Below, piece by piece: positions 1-14,670 of a DNA stretch of 64,000 nucleotides. The notes under the pieces were generated by a model. The model worked only from the letters and a program-made list of their open reading frames with translations. It was not told the origin of the DNA and made no database searches. Location: positions 130,076,001-130,140,000 of the forward strand of contig OX597819.1 in NCBI GenBank assembly GCA_951406725.2. Reading direction: 5' to 3'. Position 1 is the stretch's first letter; each line of letters starts with the position of its first letter. Source of the stretch: Octopus vulgaris (taxonomy: Eukaryota). The position numbers and the translations under genes were made by a program.

Positions 1-37
1 CACGTACACACACCGGAACACACACACAGACGCGCGT

Positions 38-95
<58 letters not shown>

Positions 96-230
96 TTCTA
101 TTTATCTCTCTCTCTATCTACACACACACACACACCTCTCTATTTATCTCTCTCTCTCTCTATCTACACACACACACACATACACACACACACACACAGA
201 CACATGTGTATATAGTATATATATACCTAT
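1..230. repeat. (CA)n/(CT)n compound microsatellite
   Basis: Directly visible dinucleotide runs. Confidence 0.95.
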
Positions 231-235
231 TATTA

Positions 236-310
236 TTTTATTAAAGCAGAAAAGAAAATTTCACAAACTGTTACAGTTACTCAGAGATCCACGTTCGTCA
301 GAGTTGTGAT
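236..310 (-). mobile_element. Degenerate copy of the hammerhead-bearing short element also at 4841-4993 and 22208-22436
   Basis: Minus strand reads atcacaact-CTGACGA-ACGT-ggatc-TCTGAG-TA-ac...ctgctttaataaa, similar to the other copies; GAAA is decayed. Confidence 0.5.
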
Positions 311-580
311 ATGTATGTGTGTATGTGAGTGTGTGTGTATGTGAGTGTGTGTGTGTGTGTGTGCGTGTGTGTGTGTGTGTCTGTCTATCTGTCTGTGTCT
401 GTGTGTTATTTGTGTATGTGTGTGTGTGTGTGCATGTATGTATATGTATGTAATTCATGCATACGCATATAAACAACGGGCTTCTTTACACCTTACTCAG
501 TGCTTCGAATCGACCCTTCTTAGCCATACAACTCTGCCTGCGTCCATCTACGCCACAAGCTCCCATTTTCCTTTTCTTAG

Positions 581-637
581 CTGAAGTCTCTTGCGCTGCG
601 TCAAGAAAAGACCTATCTTATTTCTGTAAGACAACCG
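581..637 (+). other. Candidate 57-nt internal exon of an unidentified gene
   Basis: Acceptor cccattttccttttcttAG and consensus donor CG|GTAAGT; length divisible by 3; two open frames (LKSLALRQEKTYLISVRQP or AEVSCAASRKDLSYFCKTT); no homology recognised. Confidence 0.3.
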
Positions 638-962
638 GTAAGTAGAGATGAAACCGTGAACACCTAGGTTGATGGAAAGGGGTGATTAGAAGGAGTTAGA
701 ATGGATTATGATGGGTATAAAAGGGGTGGTCGTGATCGTTAATGGTGTAGTGGTGTGGGAAGAAGCCACTGTCTTGTGTAGCGCCAACGAACACTTTTCA
801 GAGCTTGCAACGAGTTGTATTCAATACGCTTGTTTCAATCGTGTCGAGGTGGGGTGTATAAATGTCATGAATGGGATGAAAAGTGAAGGGAAAGGGGGGA
901 GTAGGGCTAAATGTGGAGGCGATAGGTGATATGTATATATATATATATATTTATTATATTAC

Positions 963-1038
<76 letters not shown>

Positions 1039-1223
1039 CTCGCTCTCTCTCTCTCTCTATATATATATATAATGTATACGCGTTATATAAGCCACGAGGC
1101 AGAGATTTGTAGCCGGAGCCTTACCTCATATTGTTTAATGCATTTGATTTTGTTATACGAGAATCGTTGAAATTCGAAACCACAATACACTAGAACAAAC
1201 AAATAAATGAATAAAAACAAAAA

Positions 1224-1230
1224 GTGATGA

Positions 1231-1264
<34 letters not shown>

Positions 1265-1313
1265 GGTGGTGGTGGTGGTGGTGCTGCTGATGATGATGAT
1301 GATGATGACGATG

Positions 1314-1346
<33 letters not shown>

Positions 1347-1374
1347 GTGATAATGATGATGATGATGGTGGTGG

Positions 1375-1418
<44 letters not shown>

Positions 1419-1446
1419 GTGATAATGATGATGATGATGGTGGTGG

Positions 1447-1477
<31 letters not shown>

Positions 1478-1500
1478 AAGGATAGTAATAATAGTAATAG
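1224..1500. repeat. (ATG)n/(GTG)n compound trinucleotide repeat
   Basis: Visible; produces the spurious poly-M/V ORF. Confidence 0.95.
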
Positions 1501-1715
1501 TGAAAAAAAGCAGAAAGGTAGAAATGAAGAGCAGCAGACGGGGAAAAAATAAAATGTAATGAAATGAGAAGTTTAGAACGTTTTTTTTGTTTGATGGAAC
1601 TGGAGATTGTTCAATAAAACAATGGAACAGTATTCCTCTTCAAAGAAGAATTTAGGGAGAGTTTGGTGAACAGATTTTTATATATATAAAGTGTTGGTAT
1701 TATGTACGTGTGAAT

Positions 1716-1747
<32 letters not shown>

Positions 1748-1910
1748 ATGCGTATTTGTGAGTCGGTTGGATACGCTGGTTGTTTCTCGCTTTAATGCAA
1801 CGTTAAAACATTAACTACAACAGATATTTATCCAGGTAGACGCACACACAAATACAAACACACGTATACTCGCACCCTCACGGTGTGTGTATGGATGTAT
1901 ATCCATCTAG

Positions 1911-1953
<43 letters not shown>

Positions 1954-2124
1954 TATATATATATATATATATATATTGTGTAGACTACACACTCATGCAT
2001 ATTTAATGCAACATTGAAACATTAACCACAGCAGAAATCCATCCATGCATCTAATCTTAATGTATGCATGTATGTATATACATATATGAGTGTCAGTGTG
2101 TGTGTGTGTCATGTATATATGTAA

Positions 2125-2155
<31 letters not shown>

Positions 2156-2156
2156 G

Positions 2157-2280
<124 letters not shown>

Positions 2281-2649
2281 GTATATATATATGTATATAT
2301 ATATATATATATATATGGTCAACTAAATATGTCATAATATACATACACACTTGCATACATAATACATACATTTATTATGACACCATAAACATCATCACTG
2401 CCACCGCCATCATAAACAACAACAACAACAACAACAACGGTATAAGGCAGCCACACTGGTTTCATCATCATCATCATGATCATTAAAACATCAATCCGAC
2501 ATTATTACAGCTTTCACAAATCACGCCCTGCTAGAGAGACTCCGTTTACTATGGAAGCACACATCAAGCATAATACACAGCGCCGACATCGTTAGACGCA
2601 CCATCATTGTAGCAACAAAAAACACTACCGAATATATAAATCCGCCATT

Positions 2650-2749
2650 ACAACCACCACCACCACCACCTCCAACACCACCACCACTGCTACTAGAACC
2701 ACCACCACTACTACTACTATCACCACCACTACTACTACTACTACCACTA

Positions 2750-2804
<55 letters not shown>

Positions 2805-2847
2805 GGCTGCTACTACTGCTACTGCTACTAGAACCACCACTACCACC

Positions 2848-2894
<47 letters not shown>

Positions 2895-2930
2895 CACTGC
2901 TTCTGCTACTAGAACCACCACCACTACTAT

Positions 2931-3009
<79 letters not shown>

Positions 3010-3033
3010 ACTGCTACTGCTACTAGAACCACC

Positions 3034-3096
<63 letters not shown>
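2650..3096. repeat. (CTA)/(CCA)/(CTG) compound repeat with higher-order unit
   Basis: Marker ctgctactagaaccaccac recurs four times. Confidence 0.9.
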
Positions 3097-3097
<1 letters not shown>

Positions 3098-3196
3098 ACA
3101 ATGCAGTTCTGTCACCCATAAGCCTCGTTAGTTATATTTACACATCCTTTTTAACTTTTAAAATTTCTCATTTGGAAATGTCACTAAGACACTGTC

Positions 3197-3378
3197 GTGT
3201 GTGTGTGTATGTGTGTGTGTGCGCACGCACAGGAGCGTGTGTGTCTGTATGTGTGTGTGTGTGTGCGCGCACGAGCGTGTGTGTCTGTATGTGTGTGTGT
3301 ATGTGTGTGTGTGCGCACGCACAGGAGCGTGTGTGTCTGTATGTGTGTGTGTGTGTGTGTGTGCGTGCGCGTGTGTGA
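3197..3378. repeat. TG-rich minisatellite, ~45-bp unit
   Basis: gcgcacgcacaggagcgtgtgtgtctgtatgtgtgtg occurs 2-3 times. Confidence 0.8.
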
Positions 3379-3701
3379 CCTTTACTTCTAATTACATTGA
3401 AGTTGGTGGCGGCGGTGGTGGTTGTAACAACGGTGATGGTCGCGGTTGTGGTAGTGGAGCTGGTTATTGGTGTTGGCGAGGGTATGTAGTGGTGGCGTTT
3501 GGTGATGGTAGTGATGGCGGTAGTGACAATGGTGGTGGTGATGGTTGTGGTGGTGATATATTGGCGACGGCAATTGTGTCGAGAAAGCCATAGTATTGGC
3601 TGAGTTGTGATGATGATGATGATGATTAGTAGTAGTAGTAGTAGTAGTAGTTGTTGTTGTTGTATTAGTAGTAGTGGTAGTAGTAGTAGTAGTAGGAGTA
3701 G

Positions 3702-3759
<58 letters not shown>

Positions 3760-4062
3760 TGTGGTGGTGGAGGTGGTGCTAGTGGTTAACGATGCTGGTG
3801 GAGTGATGCAGGAGATTGTAGTAGTTGTTACAGTGGTGAAAGTCATATTGTTATGAGGGTGGCTGTGATTTCTATATACACATGTACGTTTATTTACTGA
3901 AAAAAAAAAAATATATATATATATACATACATAGCCACCTGGAGGAGGTGTCTTCCTGGGGCTACTAGCATCGACCCTTAAGGGTTAGCCACATTTAAGT
4001 GGCAAATATATTTCACGATGTCGTGCAGCTACAGTTTATACCTCGTTCAGAGATTTATTATT

Positions 4063-4128
<66 letters not shown>

Positions 4129-4529
4129 GCGACAACCCAAAGTCACCCTTTCGGATCATTAATGTAGTCTTGGAGTATTAATTTCAGTAGAAACCCAAAA
4201 GAATAGAAAGGAAATATTCATGAATTTTAGTATTATACATATTTGTAAATGTAGCTCACAACATATATATATATATATAGTTTAGGACAATTGTGGCGTT
4301 GATGATTCCTACGAAGAGAGAAAAACTTGTCTACGAGAGTCATCTTATCTCCAGGCAATAAAGCCTGTCCTTTTGCTTAACGGCAAATCAACTTCGGAGA
4401 AATTCTTGATTCGTGAGATTATCTCCCCTTCTCGAGTGGAGGTGGTCATGATTGCCATACTGTAATAGTGAGATATCATCTAGAGGCGGAGATAATTTCA
4501 ATAATTAAAGAGTTTATGTTGTTTGGTAT

Positions 4530-4545
4530 TTGTATGCATGTATGC

Positions 4546-4578
<33 letters not shown>

Positions 4579-4720
4579 TGTATGTATGTATGTATGTATG
4601 TATGTATGTATGTATGTATGTGTGTATGTATGTATGTATGTATGTATGTATGTATGTATGTGTGTATGTATGTATGTATTTATGTATGTATGCATGTATG
4701 TATGTATGTATGTATGAATG

Positions 4721-4773
<53 letters not shown>

Positions 4774-4802
4774 GCATGTATATGTATGTATGCATGTATG
4801 TA

Positions 4803-4840
<38 letters not shown>
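4530..4840. repeat. (TATG)n and (TA)n microsatellites
   Basis: Visible. Confidence 0.95.
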
Positions 4841-4843
<3 letters not shown>

Positions 4844-4993
4844 CACTCAGGTGAGCATGCAAGTGCAAAAGAAGATGGTAAAAATAGTACTCGAATACCA
4901 AAGGTAGAGCAAGCTGCTTTTATTAAAGTTGCAAGATTATCACAAAAACTCTGAGTTTCACGTTCTCGTTCGTCGGACAGTTGTGATGAAAAC
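4841..4993 (-). mobile_element. Short Penelope-LTR-like element with hammerhead-like motif
   Basis: Minus strand ctgt-CCGACGA-ACG-AGAA-CGT-GAAA-CTCAGAG-T; downstream part (ctctac..tggtatt.gagtact) matches 22370-22436; lies between microsatellites. Confidence 0.7.
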
Positions 4994-6047
4994 TATATAC
5001 ATACATACATACATACATACATACATACATACATACATACATACATACATACATACATACATACATACACACATACATACATACATACATATACGCCCGT
5101 GCGCATATATATGTATATGAGCGGATATATGTCCGCTTTCCTTGGGCTAGTTTTCTTGTTAGTATGTGACCGTATCTCCTCTGGTGTATGTACGTGTGTA
5201 TACATATATATATATATATATATATATAAATTTATAAACGGAATTATGTATGTGTATATGTGTGTGTGTATGTGTGAATGTGTGTGCGCGTATTTATGCA
5301 TTGTGTCAGTTGATGTATCGGACATCACCCTTTAGATTCGTTGTAAGCTTCATCTAACAGAAGTCACATAAAACATCCTATTACACACACAGTTATTGAC
5401 ATGCAAACGCATATAAGTACACACACGCGCACACACATACGTTCATACTTCATACATACTTACATACATACATAGATATATACATACATGCATACACGCT
5501 CCCCCGCTACAATACAGACCATTACACGAATTGTCGTTAGAAGCTGGTTCGTATAAGAAAACCGATTTCACGCCCTCTCTTCCATCCCTCTTTATTTTTC
5601 CAAATGAAAGATCTTTGCCTAACGTGTGCAACGGAAGTACTTGGACAGGGCTGATCTCTGACCTAGTCACACTTCACCCGGCAATAGCTGTTTGGTCGGA
5701 AAAACGATGCCGCATGTAGACGAACGGTGGTCCATTTAACGACAGGTTGTCAAGACGAAACTGCATGTTATGATGGCGACCTGGCGATTATGTTGTTGTC
5801 GGCTGACATTTAAGAGTCCATAAAAATCAGATAGAACCGGTCGGAAATTAGTCGTGACGTCAACTGGCCAGCGTTTTTATGGGTTACAACTCGTGTATAT
5901 AATGGTATAACTATATAACAAATCACAGTTGTATATCTGGACGGAGAAACACTCGTAGACATGCTTACATATAAATACACAGATACACACATGTATACGC
6001 ACATAATACATACAAATATACAAATAAGAACGCAACCACACACTCAC

Positions 6048-6083
<36 letters not shown>

Positions 6084-6258
6084 CCACACATAAACGTGAG
6101 CTAAGTACATATATATAAACATATGTATGAATAGATGCATGGATATAAGCATCCAAGCGTGTATGTATGTGCTTATGTATATAAAGAATAATGTATATTT
6201 GTGAGTTTGTCAGTTTTTCGAGTATAAAACAACCCTACAAGGCGACGTTTGCAATAGC

Positions 6259-6289
<31 letters not shown>

Positions 6290-6693
6290 ATATAAATAAA
6301 ATTATATATATATATATATTGTATATACATGCATACACAAGCACACACACACACATAAATGTGTATGCGAATGTGTAGATGTGTGTATGTAAGCGCACAA
6401 CCACAGACACACATATATGCGTATAAGTATAAATATATTTTCTTTCATTCTTTTACTTGCGTTATTTATTATGTTGCGGCGATGCTGGAGCACTAGCCGA
6501 TCAAATCGGCTCAGGTACTTATTTTTTAAGCCTAGCACTTTTGCCACTGTCCATTAACCAAACCGCTAGTTACGGTGGACGTAGACATACCACGACCGGT
6601 CCTCAAACTGAGAGAAAAACTTAGTCACACAAATATAGATACATGCATACATATACACATACATATATATGTAATTATGTAAATATATAAATT

Positions 6694-6777
<84 letters not shown>

Positions 6778-6886
6778 GAAATTTTTCAGTATCCAATATT
6801 TCAATATATTTTTGGTAGAAGTGTATGTACAATTCTCCTGGGTGCCAATCGACGCATGAGGTCCACCCATTCCAACAACCTCACAC

Positions 6887-6930
<44 letters not shown>

Positions 6931-7067
6931 AATATATTCTATATTTATGCAAGAATGCATATATATACGTTTGATAAATATACTATATGTATAACATATG
7001 TTTATATATATATATATGTGTGTGTGTTTGTGTGTGTGTGTGTATACATGTGTGTATGCGTTTGTAA

Positions 7068-7152
<85 letters not shown>

Positions 7153-7191
7153 TGTGTGTGTATGTATATATATATAATACATACACACATA

Positions 7192-7246
<55 letters not shown>

Positions 7247-7654
7247 TTATGTATAGAAAGATAGATAGATAGATAGACCACCTCGTAGAAAGTCGGAGAT
7301 TCCGAGTAAGAAACCTTTGCTCTCAAGAATAAGTAGTTTTTAGTCATAAAATTTATTAATAATATGTCTTGATATTTCCTGTTTTTAGTTGATAATTGGT
7401 CATTTAGTATCATTATGGTTTACCTAGTTATCTTATTAACACTAATAATGTTCCTAATTGGATCTGATTAGATGAGAAATTGGATGGATTATGTCTCATC
7501 CTGAAAATTATTGGTGTGAAGACAAACAGTGGACAAATTATGAATGGCCGTATATATACATCTGCCTGCTTGCATGCTTGTTTGTGTGTGTGTCTGTCAA
7601 TGTCTCTCATTCTCTCCCTCCTTCTTTCCTTTATTCTTTCTTTGTATGCATGTG

Positions 7655-7750
<96 letters not shown>

Positions 7751-7764
7751 TGTGTGTAATTGTT

Positions 7765-8077
7765 ACTTGTTTCAGACTGCGGCCATGCTGGAGCACGCCT
7801 TTAATCGTGCAACTCGACCCCGGGACTTATTCTTTTGTAAGCCCAGTGCTTATACTATCGGTCTCTTTTGCCGAACCGCTAGGTAACGGGGACATAAACA
7901 CACCAGCATATATACGACGGGCTTCTTTCAGTTTCCGCCTACCAAATCCACTCACAAGGCTTTGGTCGGCCCGAGGCTATAGTAGAAGACGCTTGCCCAA
8001 GGTGCCACGCAGTGGGACTGAACCCGGAACCATGTGGTTGGTAAACAAGCTACTTACCACACAGCCACTCCTGTGCC
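7765..8077 (-). mobile_element. tRNA-derived SINE family A, internally deleted
   Basis: Matches the full copies at 28208-28641 and 36240-36655 but lacks the internal microsatellite segment. Confidence 0.9.
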
Positions 8078-8531
8078 TATATATATATTATATATATATT
8101 ATATGTATACATGCGTATGTATATTTATGCCTATACATATGCATAAGTATGTGTGTGTGTGTTTATATATGTAGTAAAAGCCTTCATCCACAGTTCGTCT
8201 TTTACAAGCCCAGGTGCAATCCCTACAATTTCATCTTTTTTCGAAAATATTTTACAAGACTTTTGATATGAAAGTTAAAGCCAATATTATTCTATTTTGG
8301 AAGCTTCATATTATTTAAGCTTGAAAACACAGTTACTAAATGTTTCATTTTATAACATAGCATAATAGTGAAATGGTCTGAAAATCGGAATCATCTGAAA
8401 ATAGACCCACTGAAAGGACCACCAAATTGGTGCAGTGAAAACGTTTTAAGTAAAAGTGGAAAAATATAGGCAGATAATAACAGGTAAATGTGTCTAGAGC
8501 CTTCAATAATATAACATTTCTGATATATATA

Positions 8532-8933
8532 TATTTCTTTACTACCCACAAGGGGCTAAACAAGGATAGACAAAGGGATTAAGTCGATTACATCGACCCC
8601 AGTGCGAAACTGGTACTTTATTTATTGAGCCCGAAAGGATGAAAAGGCAAAGTCGACCTCGGCGGAATTTGAACTCAGAACGTAACGACAGACGAAATAC
8701 CTATTTCTTTATTACCCACAAGGGGCTAAACACAGAGGGGACAAACAAAGACAGGCATAGGTATTAAGTCGATTACATCGACTCCAGTGCGTTACTGGTA
8801 CTTAATTTATCGACCCCGAAAGGATGAAAGGCAAAGTCGACCTCGGCGGAATTTGAACTCAGAACGCAGCGGCAGACGAAATACCGTCCAGCATTTCGCC
8901 CGGCGTGATAACAGTTCTGCCAGCTCACCACCT
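8532..8933 (-). mobile_element. tRNA-derived SINE family C with duplicated body
   Basis: Minus-strand head gagctggcagaa...gagttcaaattccgccgaggtcgactttgcctttcatcctttcggggtcgat; body repeated twice; diverged ~20-bp flanking direct repeat (ataatat.acatttct.atatata). Confidence 0.9.
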
Positions 8934-10009
8934 TATAATATCATTTCTAATATATAGCAAAAACAGATAGGCCATTGTTAACAAGTCTAATGCAGCCGCT
9001 ATTAAATAAGTTAGCTTGGAATGCATTATATAATATGCAAAATAACAATATTATCAGACACCAAAGATTTCGTTTATTCGCATCGTAAATAAGATAAAAG
9101 AAAACAAACACAATACAAAACAAAACAACCGTTGCGTTAGATTTTAGTCATGTTTTTCGATCATTATTTTCCCCATGCGAAACGCTTCATTAATCTTACG
9201 TAAATGAAGTAAGTCTTCAGTCATCTTGGTTGATCTCTGTAAACATGTATAGTCTTGCAATAATAATTTGATTTGCTTTGGTTTTGCTTTTGTTTCTTTT
9301 TGCTTTTTGGAACTATATTAACGAGGACATGTATCACATAATACAGTCTCCAAATGTCCATCGACTTTAACCCAAACCCAATCAGGTGTTTTCTGATTTA
9401 GGCAAAGAAACTTTCTGCTCTTATAAACATTATTATGTGTAATATTACACTGTGGCAGAAAGTAGTGAATAATTACGCCATAAACAGCACCGCATACGAT
9501 GTGATTTATTATCTGAATGTAAACATATTTAGCTGCAAAGACAGATTTATTTATTATAAATGAAATCCAAATGAATTAGACCAAGCGGTATCGAACCTTC
9601 TTTGACACTTCTCAAACATAAGATGTACAGAATAAACGTGGCTTTATACTTTGGTACGATATATGTTGTTGTTGTTGCCTCAGTCTCGGGTCATCTCAAT
9701 TCTAACAGTCAATTACCGTGTGACGTTCCAACTGTGACTTTTCCGTTAATTATGATATAGTGTTTCTCGAAATATCTAAAGCTACATTAACCAACATGTG
9801 AAAGTCTGTCCTGTATATGTAAATGTTCACGTAACTTCGCAGTTCGGCAAAAGATAACGACAGAATAAATATCAAGCTTAAAACCATAAGTACTGGGGTC
9901 GATTTCAATGATTAAAACAAGTAAAAAGAATAAGAAAGATACCTACAAACAACCACATATCCCCATCTCATAACATGCATATATATACATATGTATATAT
10001 GTATGTATG

Positions 10010-10041
<32 letters not shown>

Positions 10042-10045
10042 CATG

Positions 10046-10079
<34 letters not shown>

Positions 10080-10234
10080 TATATGTGTGTGTGTATGTAT
10101 GTGTGTATGTATGTGCGTGTTTGTCCCCTACTTTTGCTTGACAATGAGTGTAGGCTTATTTATGTCCCCATAACTTAGCGGTTCGACAGAAAAACTGATA
10201 GAATATCCACCAGACGTTACATCATCATACTCAA

Positions 10235-10293
<59 letters not shown>

Positions 10294-10319
10294 CAACAAT
10301 AATAATAATAATAATAATG

Positions 10320-10828
10320 AAGTGCCGAATTGACAACACTACCGATAGCGGTATGTCACATCGTTATCGGATACTCGAAACTGGGACAACGCGAATACAA
10401 ACAACGAATACAAACGACGCCATGACAAAGTGGCAAGAATGATCCATTGGGAGCTCTGTGGAAATCGCCAGCTACAAAGAGCAAATCCCAGGAGTCACCG
10501 AAAATGAGAACTGCAAAATCCTGTGCGATCACTTGACCAGTCATAGGAAACCGGATATTGTTGTGGTGAATAACAAAGAAAGAACATGAATGATAATCGA
10601 CATAGTATGCCCCGGTGAGAGCAGGACCAATGTGGAAGAAGAAGAAGAAAAAATATGGACGATTCAAAGTGGGAAATACGAAGGTTGTGGTCAATGAAGA
10701 GAGTCGACGTGATGCCAATAGTAATTGGTGCACTTGGAAGTATCAGCACTCAAGTATCAACATGGCTGAAAAAGATCGGTGCAAGTGTGAAGGTAGAACA
10801 CCTACAACAATCAGCATTGCTTGGAAAA
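10320..10828 (+). mobile_element. R4/Dong-like non-LTR retrotransposon fragment, degraded restriction-like endonuclease region
   Basis: Frameshifted peptides RRHDKVARMIHWELCG, ENENCKIL, RKPDIVVVN, IIDIVCPG, WEIRRLWSMKRVDVMPIVIGALG, LQQSALLG; directly follows (AAT)n. Confidence 0.85.
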
Positions 10829-11098
10829 CTGTTGTTCGAAGCTAAGGGAGACATTTTTTATTGGTCAATCAGCCTGCTAAAAATACCAGCTATATTATTG
10901 TCGTATCAGAGCATCTGTCTTAGTATAAGGAAGATATATTAAATAATGTCAACAGAGATATGATATACGATTATATTTCGAATTTCAGTAATGGCTACGA
11001 AGCTATGATGTAGATAGATAGATATCTACATTTACATATATACACATATAGATGTACACACCAACCCACACACATACATATACAGGTATATATATATA

Positions 11099-11408
11099 TC
11101 ACCGTGATCACCGTGACCGACCAGGCTATCAGATGTTGCTACACATCGCTGGTCACAATGTGCTTCGCATTGTTTTAGCCTTCAAATGATGTCACCCTGC
11201 TGGCTAAGCGAGCAGACCAACAGAAGAAAGAGTGAGAGAAAGTTGTGGCGAAAGAGTACAGCAGGGATCGCCACCACCCCCTACCGGAGTCTCGTGGAGC
11301 TTTAGGTGTTTTCGCTCAATAAACACTCACAACGCCCGGCCTGGGAATCGAAACCACGATCCTACAACCGCGAGTCCGCTGCCCTAAACACTGGGCCATT
11401 GCGCCTCC
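11099..11408 (-). mobile_element. tRNA-derived SINE family B
   Basis: Head ggaggcgcaatggcccagtg...gtttcgattccc with A/B-box-like motifs; tail ggtcacggtgatcacggtga; other copies at 25898, 30624, 51319. Confidence 0.9.
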
Positions 11409-11493
11409 ATATAATAATAATAATATATATATACACTCACACACACAGAGACATATATGTTCATAGATAGATAGAGAGATAGATAGATAGAAT

Positions 11494-11551
<58 letters not shown>

Positions 11552-11900
11552 CAGATAGATAGATTGATAGATAGACAGATATACACACACATATGTATAT
11601 ATGATTAGGTAAGCATAATCTCTTTCAAATACATGATTGCTACTTTCACACATACACACATTTTACGCGCACAGACATGTGCAAGGTGAGATATACATAT
11701 TTAAATAGTGCTGTGGTTTGATCTTATGTAATGGCGTCTTAATAAATTCAATAGACATATTTTCTATATATTTAATGTGATGTCTGTATGCATGTACGCT
11801 TATGAGATGTGAGTGTAAATACATGTTATACCAGTGTTTATTTGTAAGTTTTATATATGTCACATACACACTGTGCAAATGCATTTCTGCAAAAAAGATC

Positions 11901-11953
<53 letters not shown>

Positions 11954-11984
11954 TAATAAAAATAATAATAATAGTAATAATGTT

Positions 11985-12595
11985 TTCTACAATAGGCACA
12001 AGACCTAAAATTTCGGGGAGGAAATAGTCGATTAGATCGACCCCAGTACACAACTGGTACTTAATTTATCGACTCCAAAAAGGGTGAAAGGCAAAGTCGA
12101 GCTTTACTTTTCTTTTTTCTTCTACTTGTTTCAGTGATTTGACTGCGGCCATGCTGGAGCACCACCTTTAGTCGAACAAATGGACCCCAGGACTTATTAT
12201 TTGTAAGCCTTGTACTTATTCTATCGGTCTCTTTTGCCGAATCGCTAAGTTACGGGGAAGTGAACACACCAGCATCGATTTGCTCGACTAAAGGCGGTGC
12301 TCCAGCATGGCTGCAGTCAAAGGGCTAAAACAAATAAAAGAATAAAAAATGAAAAGAACATAGGCGCAGGCGTAGTTGTATGCTAAAAATCTTGCTTTCT
12401 AAACCATATCGTTCCGGGTTCAGTCCCACTGCATGGCACCTTGGGCAAGTGTTTTCTATTATTGACTCGGGCCGAGCAAAACCTTGTGATTGAATTTGGT
12501 AGACGGAAACTGGAAGAAGACTTAAAGGCAGTGCTCCAGCAAGGTCACAGTCAAAATGACTGAAACAAGTAAAAGAGTAAAAGAATAAAAGAATA
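11985..12595. mobile_element. SINE pile-up: C fragment (-), two A tails in opposite orientation, internally deleted A (+)
   Basis: Segments match family C (11985-12102) and family A (12105-12276 minus, 12277-12345 plus, 12362-12595 plus). Confidence 0.85.
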
Positions 12596-12724
12596 TGTGT
12601 GTGTGTGTGTATACATTAATATACATCTATATATTTATGTATAAATGCACACACACTCACTCACACACACACATACACACACACACTCTCTCTCTCACTC
12701 TCTCTCTCACACACACACACACAG

Positions 12725-12758
<34 letters not shown>

Positions 12759-13201
12759 GAAATAACATTTTTTGATAGTAACATATGACACTTATTGTTC
12801 AAATATGAAAATATTTTTACAGTAAATATACCAGGTTCAAATCTCATCCTATTCTAAACCCAAATCTCATCCCATTCTAAACCGAAGAATTTTGCTAAAG
12901 AAAGAGCAAAGGGTTTAGCATAGAAACAATGCAACAAGTATCGGTACGATGATGTTCAAATGCGGTTCACATTACGCAGTTGATACTTAGCTGGGTACAG
13001 TGATAGACGTAATCGACTTAGCCCTCCCTCAAAATTGCAGGCGTTGTGCCAAAATTTGAAATCAATACTTGGTATCGTTAAAATGGCAAACTTAACTATT
13101 TGTTTATAATTAGTCATTAGATCTTCGAAATTTTGTGCGTAGTGTTTTTCAGTGTAGGTGCATGCGTGTGTTGTGTGTGTGTATACACATACATGTATAA
13201 A

Positions 13202-13285
<84 letters not shown>

Positions 13286-13294
<9 letters not shown>

Positions 13295-13820
13295 CTAGTT
13301 TCAGCTCAGAGCTGCGGCCATGCTGATGCACCGCCGTTTTGTGCTACACTGTTATTACGACGAACCTCGTCTAATATGTGGCACTTGGTGAAGAATGGAG
13401 TTTGATACAGCTACTCCCATTTGCACCTCTTGCCGTGAGGTAGGTTCATCTGGGACTCTTGACAGGAAGATGTCCAGCTTTGATTTAAAAACCGCTACAT
13501 CTACTTTGTGCAAGTTCCTTTCTTTGGGAGAATATTAAAAAGCTGTGGGCCCTTGAAACCCAGGCTGTTGCAGAAGCTGGTCCTGAAGCGTGATGTCACT
13601 GCTGGGATCTTTGGCACTATGCAGTGTCGTCCCGTTCTAGCATTGGTGTAGCTTACAATGCCAAAATTTGGCACAATTCCTTCCAGGATCTTCCAGACAT
13701 ATATTACTGCATACCTCTCCCGTCTTCTCTCCAGGGAGTAGAGTCTTAGCTGTTTCAACCTTTCCCAGTAGCTGAGCTGTTGCAAAGAGACGATCTTCTT
13801 TGTGAATCTTCTCTGGATTG

Positions 13821-13821
<1 letters not shown>
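13286..13821 (-). mobile_element. CR1/L2-group LINE 3' end (ORF2 C-terminus, 3' UTR, poly-A)
   Basis: IQRRFTKKI..LSYWERLKQLRLYSLERRRERYAVIYVWKIL...FKSKLDIFLSRVPDEP with frameshifts; flanked by (TA)n on both sides. Confidence 0.9.
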
Positions 13822-13869
<48 letters not shown>

Positions 13870-14017
13870 TAAATTAGGGTATCTACGAGATACCACCATG
13901 CTGAAAATAGCATCCATGATCTGACTCTAAAACCACCTTAATTGTCCATATATCAACACGGAGAGAAACGAAGAGACAAGATGAAACTAGTAAAAAATCA
14001 CTGGATAATTCTATATG

Positions 14018-14109
<92 letters not shown>

Positions 14110-14266
14110 CATATATACATATATCTATGCATACATATATACATATATATATACATACATATATACATATATATATACATACATATATACATATATATAT
14201 GCATATATTTATATATATTCACAAATACACGTATGCATACATTTTTATATTTATACGTATGTATGA

Positions 14267-14670
<404 letters not shown>

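Noticed and set aside
3935-4500. Short hairpin-containing inserts between (TA)n runs as further hammerheads
   Set aside because: Could not assemble a full core (CUGANGA, GAAA, UH) with consistent stems
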